DNA of 64,000 nt from Ginglymostoma cirratum (lineage: Eukaryota), in contig JAHRHZ010000264.1 of assembly GCA_024137785.1 (NCBI GenBank), positions 24,790,663 through 24,854,662 of the forward strand, given 5' to 3'. Position 1 is the first letter of the stretch, and each line of letters starts with the position of its first letter. Made by a program: the position numbers and the translations under genes. The notes under the pieces were generated by a model. The model ran no database searches and was not told where the DNA came from. It worked only from the letters and a program-made list of their open reading frames with translations. Positions 26,637-37,765 of this stretch are shown one piece after another.

Positions 26637-27599
26637 AGTGCCTTTTTTCAGAAATGTACAGAAATAGGTCCATACTAGCAGAAATAAACATTTAGAAAAA
26701 AATTCAATTGAAAGTAGAAGTAACTTGGAAAGTACAAAATGTTTTTAACTAATTCAAATTGAAACCATTTAAAAAAATCATGATCAGACTATGTTGTCAC
26801 GCTCAATACTACTGCTAAAATTAAAATATTTATGAAACTTTCATTTCAAAGTTAGAACTGAAGATTCTGTAAATATTTTGAAGTTTAAGGCCCACAACTT
26901 CCTTCATTATGGTGGGATTCTGTGAAGAACTCCATATACTGTATAATTTTAGAAATACCAACTGTTTAGCCAGAAATAACCACTGTTTGGGGTACTGAAA
27001 ACCTGAACAATCCAGGCTGTTAAGTTAGTGCATCTCCAAAAGCACCCTTTTTCCTTGGGCTGAAAGGGAAGTGAAATTTTTGGGATTACAATAACCCCAA
27101 ATAAATGACAAAAGTGTTTTGACAATAGTTGTTTAATGTATGTTGTTAACCCATTTATAAACTGACTTTAGCATTCCTGTACAACAGCTAATGTTGCATC
27201 TGATTTCAACATAGTGATGTTTAACAAAATGAAAGAAACTACTGTACTACAGAATAGTTTCTTATTCACCCCTTCAAGTTTTTACACTGATAAAAGTCAT
27301 TATAAATATCACTTGATTTAGTTGGAGAAAAGGTGGACTGTGGATGGAGACAGTGATTTCTCCTTCAATTGCTTCCAAGAAATTAAAATTTACAGTGGCT
27401 GTTAAATTATAGTTTGCATATGCAACAGGAAAGAAGCCTGTGAAGCAGTATTTTAAATTCCAGGTTAGAATGATTTGCACATCTTCAGTACCAGGAACTA
27501 TAAAAATCGGTAAGACTATCAACTACACAAATTTTCAAATTTTGCACAACATACACATTGTGCATTGATCTAAATTACTTACTTTTCAATTATTCTTAC

Positions 27600-27959
27600 A
27601 AAAATTAAATGGTTGATTTTCTGCTTTATTTATTATTCCAGAACTCCATGGATTTTACAGCATGGTCACATTTTAAGATGTATAGTACTACATTCACAAG
27701 GAGTAAACCCAACTTGCTAAACAGTGATGTTTTATGTGGTTGCCATTCTATACTACAAAGCCCGAAGCAATTACTTCAATATAAAGGTTCAAAACAAAAG
27801 ATATTACATAAGAAAAACAAAATTCAAGATCTACATCACAATAAAAAACAGTGTCAGCTAACAGCAGATAAAACTCAACTGATATTTTTAAATCACCAGA
27901 TATCCATATGCCTTAAATTGTCACAGAAGGGAATGATCTATTGTTACAATTCAGAAAGT
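27600..27959 (-). other. PSPC1: PSPC1 proximal 3' UTR (about 350 nt)
   Basis: U-rich, repeat-free sequence between the stop codon and the poly(A) signal. Cleavage position is approximate. Confidence 0.7.
27625..27634 (-). terminator. Overlapping AATAAA poly(A) signals (AATAAATAAA)
   Basis: Plus-strand tttatttatt about 325 nt after the PSPC1 stop, followed by U-rich sequence on the minus strand. Confidence 0.7.
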
Positions 27960-28166
27960 CTAAAATCTGCTGTGGACTTTGTTTGCATCGTAATTACCCC
28001 TTTGATTTCCTCTACCAAAACCACCAGGTGTACTACTCACAGCAACACCTGCCATAGGCTGTTGAGGAGGAGCCTCAGGTGCTGGAGTTCCACTCAGGTT
28101 TCCCCTATTGATCATAGGAGGAGAACCCATTTGTCCAGGACCTCCCTGGGGAAATCTATCATTGCG
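27960..28166 (-). CDS. PSPC1: PSPC1 last coding exon (68 aa plus TAG)
   Basis: caatag|CGC. RNDRFPQGGPGQMGSPPMINRGNLSGTPAPEAPPQQPMAGVAVSSTPGGFGRGNQRGNYDANKVHSRF* versus human HNDRFPQGPPSQMGSP...[22 protein letters not shown]. Phase 0 fits the previous exon. Confidence 0.94.
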   Translation of the reverse strand, partial: RNDRFPQGGPGQMGSPPMINRGNLSGTPAPEAPPQQPMAGVAVSSTPGGFGRGNQRGNYDANKVHSRF

Positions 28167-28168
28167 CT

Positions 28169-28416
28169 ATTGTCCATTCAGATAGCGATTGTGTGTTTTA
28201 TAAAACGTCCATAACATGTTCCATTGTAGGAACGGACCAAAAGGTGGCAATTTTATGAATTGATTGGCGACATCCCCGTGTTGGTGTCATGAAGTTTGGC
28301 AGGCAGTCCATCAGTACCAGGAACATACAAAAAGGAGATAGAAAGGAGCAATTACATTAGTTAACGTATAGATCAATGATATTTTGAATTATGAAAAATC
28401 ATTTATATTTCACAGC
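28169..28416 (-). promoter_or_regulatory. AG-exclusion zone with candidate distant branch point and polypyrimidine tract
   Basis: No AG on the minus strand for 248 nt upstream of the acceptor. GTTAACTAAT (candidate branch A at about 28357) is followed by tgctcctttctatctcctttttgtatgttcct. No pyrimidine tract next to the AG. Confidence 0.75.
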
Positions 28417-31089
28417 CTACTTTTAAAGATGACAAAAAAGCTACAACCATAATACAAAACATTGGAAGTAATCATTGTAAGAACCTCAAACTGATTAAAA
28501 CTGATTATGTAATTCATCACCATAGACTACATTTTTGAAAAATAAATGTAATTTTCTCTGCACTTTAAAGCCTGGCGTTAACGCGGAAGCCATATTCGTG
28601 ACAAAAATAAGTAGCTAAAAATATGGCAAATCTCAAAACAAATTTTGAAAGTTATAATTATGCAAACAATCAAGGAATCAGAAAATCTTTCACACTTCAA
28701 TATGTAAGAGGGTAAGATCATGCCGCAAGTTTTTAAATTACCCCTTGATCTTGCAACTGCACCAGTTCCACATTCATCAACAAAACATTTATTTATTTTT
28801 TTAATACCACCTTATTGATTTGTTATCACCAGCTTCCCAGTCACCTGGTTTACATGGTGTTAATTTTGATCTGCTAAGACTGCATCATCTTCCAACACTT
28901 AACATTTGCATTAGGGGATAGACAAATTACAGTACAAGTAATGCTTTTATTTTTGCCTTCCATTTTAAATAGTTAGAGCAGGGGCATTCTTTTGAAGGAT
29001 GTAACAAATAGGACGCGAGGACTGTATGGTTCAATTACTTCATAAACATATTCAAAGTTTCCAAGCTTCACTTGTACAAATCAATGGATCATACCATTTT
29101 CACCACACACCCCGCTTTTCACTTAAAGCTTTTGAGCATTCCCAGGCTTTGGGGCAATGCTCTTTTACTGTTCCTCCTCCAATTTTACTTCTCCCACTCT
29201 ACCACCATTTACACATCACCTCCATTCTCCACTCACTTCAAATCAATCATTCCCACCACCCCAAGTTCCTTCTCTCTGTTACTTCTCCCAATAGGGTCTA
29301 TTTCTCTTTTCCTTTTTATGCCTTCATGCTTCCATTTTCATTAGTCCTTCATTGACCCCTTGGTCTAACCCCTATTCTTCAGATCTTATTTTCTTGACTT
29401 TCCTCAAGTTCCAATTCTCACTTCTACTTTTATTGAAGTTTTTTTTGCAGGACTAGACATAAAGACTGAATAAGGAAATCACAAATAGGCATTTTAATTG
29501 TGCTTTGATTTTTCAGTCTTGGGAGGAAGCATGTGCACCCAAGGTGCTGACATACCTGGGGTCAGTTACTCTGTGCAAACCCTGAGAATTTCGTGGGTTT
29601 CTTTAACTGCAAATCAATCTTTCTATCCTCAGAGACATACAGTGAGTAAGAATATTTCTGTGAATGAGGCACCCACTTCTGAGACACCAACAGGAAATTA
29701 AAGTCTCCAATTCTCACTGCGATGCAAAAACCCACTCCCAGCAATACTGCCCGACTCAGAACCCACTTTACCAGCTTAACAGCAAACATTTCAACTGAAG
29801 ACCAGTGCTTCTAGATGTGGGAATGAAATGAATCCTGATGTATTACCAAAGCTATAGTACTGCTTAATTCCTTACCAGCAAATTTTTAGGAAACTCTTTT
29901 TGAAACATAGGAGGTATACTATGAATAATTTAAAAGAAGCAGACAGGCAAATATTGAACATGACGTATCAATTGATACCATTTTGATATGATAATACACT
30001 AAAATATTTTTGTTTTTAAAATTTAAAAGTAAACATTGAACAAACCTAAGACAGTTGAGATTTTCTTTTCCATTATCTATATTAGGTCACATCACAGAAT
30101 TAACTTCCAATGTATAAATTTATGGTGGATATAAACAAATACAAAGCAAAACATTAATGTGATTCTTACTCGCAACAAAAGACACCAAATATAGTCAAAT
30201 AAACCAAATCCATCTATCGGCTTCTCTTGTCAAATATATTGCATACTAACAAAAATAAGTGAATGCTTGCTATTCACAATTTGGGACAACAACTGTTTGA
30301 ACAGCCTGTGGCCTGCAAGTGTTCTGGTCTCAACAACTTTAAAACCTAAAAATCAACTTTTTTTTTGGGCTAATGCTTCAATTCTGAGAGGAAAAGAGGT
30401 TTTATAAATTAATTCAGTCCCTGTACCGAAGGGAAAAAAAATTGATTTTTTAAAAAAATGAATGTCAACAACTAGTGCAGAATGGATGGCAACACAATTG
30501 AAATAGAAAGATATGGCAAAGCTTATCGACTGCAAAAGGAGACTTTGATCTCTCATTCCTATTTGTGACATCAATCTCCATCGCAGAAGAACATTTTCTG
30601 GTAGTGGAGATCGTACCTCGATGTATTCAAACCCAGTTCCAGCTCCAAATGAATATACACAAAAAGGAAATGGTCCGAGCTACAGTTCGCACTTCTTAGA
30701 GTTTCAAATCCAAAAGGTGTGTTAGTTAATAATATTAAATTGGCACACTGACATGGGCTGCAAACAGTTTTGAAGTTTTTATTTCATGTTACATCTGTAC
30801 TTTTGATGTTTCTATGCAGAATTCAGACATACTATTCAGGTTTAACGAAGAGCAAGGATAGAATTTTCTTTTTCCTCCCATAACCTGAACAAAACCTGAA
30901 TATGCAATATACCCAAAAAAACTGCTGTGCATGATTGGAGAAATGACAATTAATTGGATTCTGGAGTGGGGTGCACCTGAGAGGTTGCACATACTGGAAG
31001 GAAATATACTTGGTCACTGGAATTAGGAAAATTGCCGTTAGATGGGTGGGAGCAAAATGAAGGCTGACATTGAATATGCAAGGCACAGT

Positions 31090-33605
31090 AGTGTCAAAAC
31101 GACAGATTCCGAGACCATTCTACATGGATGTACACAGCTATCACAAGAGATTATTTACAGGAACAAACAAAGCAAATGGATATGATCTAACAGGAATATG
31201 GAAAGATGGCTATAGGGTGACTGTAGACCTCTGATAACAGAGTAGGGATCAGTATATTTCTAAAGGATTTTGTGATCAGAAGAACAAAATGTGGAACTAT
31301 TTGGATAGGGTTAAGAAAAAGCAAGGGCATTTGTAAGGTTTGTTTACAGTGGTGGTAATATGGTCCATGGTATTAATGAGAAGATTAAAGAAGTATGTAG
31401 CATGGGTGAAAAAATAATGCGTCATTTCAATCTGCTAAAAGACTGGTAAACCTAAATGAGCACTAACGTTATGGAGGATGAGTTTCTGAAGTACGTTAAG
31501 ATGGTTTTTTTATAGCAGCACATTGAGAAACCAACTAGACAGTAGGCTATTTTGGTGACAAAATACCCTCATGGAGGAGCAGCAAAATTGGGAAAGAACT
31601 TTACATTCTATCTGGAAGAGAGTTCGTTCAATCTGAGTGAAGGATATCAAGTACAAGAGACAAACTGGCTGAGGTGGATTGGGAAAATGCATTGACAGAT
31701 ACAGTGACACATAGGCAATGGATCGTCTTTAGAGAATATTACATGGTTTACAGCATCTTCATCAGCACAATCTCCCACAAAAGTGTTAAAAATGGCCTAA
31801 TGTCGTGAAAAATAGCAGTAATCCTGATGTTTTTGCAACACAAAGGCAGGCAAATAAATTGATAGAAGCAAAAACAGACCATGAATGTAAACTAGCAAAA
31901 AGACTATAAAAGCTTCTTTAGGTACGTGTCAGGAAACATTCGGCCTAGACGAATGTTGGTCCATTATAAACAGAGGCAGGAGAATGTTTAATGGAAAACA
32001 GAGAAGGGACAGAAAAGTTAAGATTACTTTGGTGTTTTTCTTCAATGAGAAAAGATACATGAAATTCAAAATTAGGGGTCAAAAGAGCTACACAGAATGA
32101 GGAAATCTTATGAAAATTCTGTTGGGAGAAATTAATAGCATTGATGATGACTAAATCCCTGGCCCTGAAATCTCTTTCAACATTCGAGGGTGAAGGGGAC
32201 ACATTTTCAGAATGGTTCCTGCAGATTGGTAGGTCGCAAATGTCACTCCACCATTTACAAAATAAGAGACATAAAATGGGCAACTACATTCTAGTTAGCC
32301 TTACATTAGTGGCAGGAAAACTAATAGAATCCATTGTAAAAGGATGTGATAAATGGACACTTGAATCATTGTAATCTGATTGGGCATAGACAGCATGAAT
32401 GGGAATGGGAAATAGCATTTAACAAACTTGGAATTCTTTAAAATTGTTATTGATAGAAATGGCAGAGAACTGTCAGAACTGTCAACGAACACAGTACACT
32501 TGGATTTTCAGAAGGCTTTTGAGAAAAGCACCCCATGGGAGGTTAGCTAGCAATACTGAAGCTAATTTAGAAAGCAGATCAGGTATGAGCACGGACTAAG
32601 GATTGGCTTAAACAGGGCAGAAAACAAAGGAATAAATAGGTTATACACACTTGGCAGTCCAGTACTTGCAGTCCCAGCTGTTCATAATATATATCAATGA
32701 TTTGGATGAAGGAATTAAACATACTTTTTAAGTTTATGGATGACACGAGCTTAAGTCGGAATGTATGCCATGAGGAATATACAAAGTGACTTTAAAAAGG
32801 TCTGTTTTTAAAAACAGACTTAGTGAGTGTTCAAAAATATGGCAGATGGAATACCATGGAAAAATGTGAGGTTATCTACTTTGGTAAGAAGCTCAAATGC
32901 GTAGTTTATTGCTTAAATGGAAGCACTTAGGAAGTGTTGATGAAGAGAGAGACCTGGACATTCTTGTCAGCAAGGTACTAAAGGCCAATATGCACGTGCA
33001 GCAGACAATTAGGAAGCTATGGTATGGAAGCCTTTATTGCAGGAGGGTTTCAGTACAAGAGTACTCTTGCTTCAAATGGACACTACCTTGGTTAGGCAGA
33101 ACCTGGGAGTAGCATTTTGATTCTCCTGCCTTAAAGATGATATGATTGCCATTCGACAATGCTCCAAAGACCTACCAGAGACGACTTCTGGGATGGCAGG
33201 ACTATCCAATGGAGAGAGAGATTGGGAAAACTGGGATTGTATTCATCAGTTTTGAAAAAAAAAAAATGAGGCACTCTCATTATGAATTTCTAAGATTCAA
33301 AGATAAAAAGAGAAGTTAGGGCAAGGTGTTTCTCTGGTTGGGATGTCGAGAACCAGGAGATATCATTTCAAGTAAAGGAAATGTATTTAGGAGATGGAGA
33401 ATTGTTTTTACCTGACATTGTGAATATTCAGAATTCTCTACCCCAGAGAGCTAGAGAAGTTCAGTCATTGAGTATGTTTTATACAAAGAGATTAACCAAT
33501 CATGTAAAGGGAAAATGGCATTCAAGTGGATGATCAACCATGAATTATGTAATGAATGTTGGAGCAGGCTGAGCAGGTTGAATGGCACACACTTATTCCT
33601 ATGAT
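31090..33605 (+). mobile_element. Heavily decayed CR1 LINE ORF2 with deletions
   Basis: GNYILVSLTLVAGKLIESIVK, tacttggattttcagaaggctttt (YLDFQKAF), aagtttatggatgacacg, LGSVDEERDL. Confidence 0.85.
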
Positions 33606-34499
33606 ATTGGTTTATTCATCCTTGTACAACTGCAACGATACAAACTATTTTTTCTATGAATTTTCCTTTAATATCCAAAAGATATGTTTACACTCTCAGA
33701 AGGCTTGGCACATTACAGAAAGTGCACCCAAGTACAGCAAAATTAATTGTCACAAATAATTTGAGACCTGGCGTAGAAAACTTGAAATGCTTGACAATAA
33801 TGTTTTAATTCTATGCTTGTTTTGTATGTTTCATATGAGCTCACGCTTAATGCTACCCAAATACCTCGAAGATGGCATTAGGTTTTACCTCACCTTACTC
33901 CTAAGTTATATCATACAAAACATTACCAAAATTATCAACTTAAATTGCCCAATGTCTATCAGAATATATAAAAAGGAGTCATTTATTGTTGTTTACTCGA
34001 ATAATTGCCATTAAAGCTAAAAATTACTTATTAAAATTTACAATCCATATTCACCTGTTGATCAAAAACATCAATGTGTTAAGCTTTCTTCCATACTAGC
34101 TACATGCCGATAGTGCCCATTTCAATACATCTAAATTCCTTCTACAATTTCAGTACTACGTAATCACTGTATCATTGCTGTTTTGAATCCTTCCTTCTTT
34201 CACTTTATCATACACGTCATAAACTGATCTATTTAAGTGCATCAGAATACTCATCTCCCAAATTAAGGTTTATCTGTGAAAAATGTGTTGACGCAAAAAC
34301 GGCTGATTTTTTTTAAACCTTTTTGCATTTTGCAAAGTTGAAAGTACACAAATGGAAAACTATCCTACAAGTTATGATCAAAGCTTTCTAAGTATGAAGA
34401 GCTTTGAAAAAGGATCATGCCAGTCCAGGTGTTAGTGTAAACATACCTTACGTTACTTACAAAATAAGGCAGTAAACATTACGCGGTTTAATACATTAC

Positions 34500-34672
34500 C
34501 ATTGTTCCACTGTTGTCTCCCAACATGGGTGTTCCCAGATTTGCAGTTCCTTCTGGCCCAATGGCTGGGACAGGTCCCATTGTAGTACCAGGCATAGGTC
34601 CACGGTTGTTCATGTTCATACCCATAAGTGGAGCAGGGCCTTGATTGCCAGCAGGAGCCGGGCTATACGCAT
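34500..34672 (-). CDS. PSPC1: PSPC1 penultimate coding exon (173 bp, low-complexity G/P/M domain)
   Basis: ttttgcatag|AT...ATG|gtaatg. (D)[57 protein letters not shown] versus human [24 protein letters not shown]...GPEGAANMGTPMMPDNGAV. Confidence 0.96.
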
Positions 34673-36094
34673 CTATGCAAAATAGTGGGTACTTAGATCT
34701 AGCCTAAATCTAATTATGCTTCCAAGGCAATTAATTGGATCGAATATTTGTAGAAACTTAGTAAATAATATAGAAACATGCTTATATAATAGACGGACCA
34801 TGCAAGGCAACTGCTATCTGAGTAATAGCCTGCAAAAATTGTTCTTTGGGACTGTACAATTTGAATTGTGCACACATTCAAGTACACGCACATACACACT
34901 CCAAAAACCAAAATCTTTGCTTCATAAACAAGATCCCTGCAACAAGAATAAAAATGGTCAAAAATATATTGTAATCATTCACAAAAAAATGGAAGTATCC
35001 ACAATTAAAACTGGGAAGAAAAAACAAACAAACAATTACAAGATAAATTACTTATAGTCCAAAGAATGATTATTCACGTTATAAGCAAACATCCAGTACT
35101 TATGAGTTTTTCCAAATGTGTCTTCGGTACAAGATCATATTTCAAACTGAAAACAGGTCAGTCTATTCAATTAATTTAGTACATTTTCCATAAGCTTAAA
35201 CAATTTTTTCCATTTCTCCCACGCACAGAAATAATAATATCTATAGTTCTACATTACGAGTTCCTAACTAGGATGATTTCTGACACTGCTTATACATAAT
35301 TGCATGGTTTGCCAAGATCTTAACTTTTGAAATACAAGTTTTGGTCTCAAGTTGAATGTAAATTTATTTTGCGGTGGACACATGGTTTTTAAATCAGGCT
35401 TACATCCATATAAAAGTAGTCAGAGAGGGCAATCAAATGATAGAATGTTGCACATTCTGTTTCTTCACTTCCAAACCCAAAAATAGAACAGCTTTGAAAG
35501 CACATTAGTTATAGCCGATAGTCTAATATTTTTGCTTCACATTACAAGCTGTAAAAATCTGTGCAAGACTATCAACTGAAAACAAATTTAAACAATATTT
35601 ACTCGCCCATTTTAACAGATTTCTGTCTAATGTTTTTGTTTTAGAGCAAACAATAGAAAAAGGACAATATATAGTCATATTACAATCTTAAATCGCACCA
35701 GTGACTTGAAACAAAGGGCGAAAGCGAAAATTGAAAGCAACTACATTTAAGCTTATCTTGACTGCAGGTTTGTATTCGCTCTCAAACTAGTAAGTTCATT
35801 TAGTGAAATGTACTACCTATGCCACTGAATGTTCAATATCTTAAACATTATTTGTTCAATTGTGACTGCCATGACATATCTTAAAGATTTTTCAAAACAA
35901 AGAAAGACAAACAATTCTCTTTCATAATGGTGTTGAGGACATATCACCACTGAATTAAAAAGAATTCATTTTATTCTATTTGTACCTGCAATATCAATTT
36001 GATGGGTAACTTACTTTTATTAACCAAAGTCTAACCTCTTAAATGGTGTTAGCTTTACTACATGTAGACGAGCCAATAAAATCACCAAGTTTAC

Positions 36095-36262
36095 ACAGAA
36101 CAGGCACAGCACGTAAGTTAGCCCACATGTCCACACGAACACGCTGCAAAATCAAATTAGCGTCCCGTTCTCTACATTCCACCAAGTGTGGCAAGTTTTC
36201 ACTTTTGTAAACTATCCAAACCCCTTTTCAAAGCTGTAATTGAATTCACATCCACAATACTC
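36095..36262 (-). mobile_element. Old CR1 3'-end remnant, left half
   Basis: tatccaaaccccttttcaaagctgtaattgaattcacatccac resembles an antisense CR1 3' end. It appears to resume at 37633. Confidence 0.55.
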
Positions 36263-36588
36263 CATAGAATCATAGAACGCTACCACAGTGTGGAAGCAGG
36301 CCATTCAGCCCACTGAGTTCACACCAACCCTCTGACGAGCAGCCTATCCAGAACCATTCCACTATCCTATCCTTGCAATCCCGCATTTTCCATTACCTAG
36401 TCAGCACAACTCTGGACATTATGGACAATTTAACATGGCTAATCCATTTAATCTGCACATCATTGGACTGTGGGAGAAAACTGGAGTATCCAGAAGAAAC
36501 CCACGCAGACATGGGGAGAGAATGTGCAAACTCCACACAGGCAGACAGTCAACCAAGGATGGAATCAAACCCGGGTCCCTACTGCTGT
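36263..36588 (-). mobile_element. HE1-type tRNA-derived V-SINE, 5' A-box missing
   Basis: Reverse complement of the copies at 8928 and 60826 (catagaa tail, ggactgtgggagaaaactggag, tgtgcaaactccacacag, B-box ggaatcaaaccc). Confidence 0.85.
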
Positions 36589-37632
36589 TAAAAGTGGAAG
36601 TCAGCTGAGGGCAGGGTTAACTGGAGGGAAGCATCAATAGCAGGCTAGAGTAGAGTAAGAGAATGGGGTGGGCAGAAATGGATGCAGACAGGGGTCACCT
36701 GGTAGTGAGCCAGCTGACTCCCCACCAGCTCTGGCTGGTCATCTGCACAGGGTTCTGGTTGCAGCCATCTTTGGCTGTGTGCTCAAAGTTGAGGTCACCC
36801 TGGGGCTGAGAGCCTCCCCAACAGCCCCTCTGCCAAAACTAGTCACTGGGCTGGAGGAGCTTAGATTCTCCACCCCCACCATCCCATGCCCAAACCGGAG
36901 GGCTACTCCTCTGAATAAGCAGCAGCAACCATCCTACTACCTCAAGAAGCGACAGTAACTTAATACAGTCCTTTCCCTTCTGAATTACTAGAAATTTTTA
37001 ACTCGCACAACCAACTCCCAAGATGCCTAGAATTGGTAGCTCAATCAACAAAGACTGAAAAAACAAAAATGGTTGTGCTACATACCCAAAAGCGAAAAGC
37101 AGATGTTGCCATTTATTTGCAAGACTTGGATGAAGTTACAGAAGTGTAGACTGCAAAACTATATGAAAAGGTGGCCTGCAGGAATACCGTCGCCAACTGT
37201 ATTAATCCATACAGACCCCATACAACAACATGCACAAATCCAGATGACATGGTTATATCAAATTCTACTAGTTATGTGCAGTACAGGTTCAAAGATGTTT
37301 TAGCCACTCCAAATAGAGCTTCACCATTACCAGCATTCTGCTCTTGCAACCCAAGATGAGAGCTGTTCTTTTCAACTGGTTAATGGAGGTCTGTGAAGCC
37401 TACAAGCTAGACAGAGACACTTTATTTAGCCCAGAACTTTTTTGATAGGATTACGGCAACACAACAAAATGTTGCGAAGCCTCAAGTACAGCTTACCGCT
37501 ATTTCAACTTTATTTATTGCTGCAAAGCTAAAGGAAATTTAGTATTAGTCAGTCCTAAATCTGCACTAGTTTGCCTACGTTACTGATGGAGTTTGCTCAG
37601 AAGATTAAATCCTTAACATGGAACTTGCCATC
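36589..37632 (+). pseudogene. CCNE1: Processed cyclin E1 pseudogene fragment (probable 5' UTR plus N-terminus to mid cyclin box)
   Basis: ATG at 37023 (MPR...), [65 protein letters not shown]...[10 protein letters not shown]...LH*FAYVTDGVCSED*ILNMELAI. Contains stops, frameshifts, an internal deletion and no introns. Confidence 0.92.
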
Positions 37633-37765
37633 AGGACAAATGCTAATTGCTCACTGGATTAAAAAAATTCTCTTACGCAACCATTGTTCCTTTGGCCAAC
37701 CAACTTCAGCTATTGCTCTCCAGTTCCCGACCCTCTGCCAACATAAGCAGTTTTTTCTCTAATTA
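37633..37765 (-). mobile_element. Old CR1 3'-end remnant, right half
   Basis: ctcactggattaaaaaaattctc...tttggccaaccaacttc...cccgaccctctgccaa follows the antisense CR1 order expected after the left half. Confidence 0.55.

Larger units (their letters stand above)
25685..26652 (+). mobile_element. Degenerate Penelope-like retroelement: GIY-YIG endonuclease remnant with inverted terminal arms
   Basis: Fragments VYELQYHCDA, L.DRIKQHIP, IEKHLLNN, HILE, FCRQKEHV resemble PLE GIY-YIG domains. 25690-25960 is a diverged reverse complement of 26360-26650. Confidence 0.8.

Noticed and set aside
27609-28214. Longest ORF in the track (201 aa, plus strand)
   Set aside because: Antisense shadow of the PSPC1 last exon and 3' UTR, with no recognisable domain.
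29026-29420. His/Ser/Phe-rich ORFs in a pyrimidine-rich tract
   Set aside because: Low-complexity sequence with few stops by composition; no coding evidence.
36668-36958. 96-aa GC-rich ORF
   Set aside because: GTG start, no homology recognised. Better explained as the decayed 5' UTR of the cyclin E1 retrocopy.
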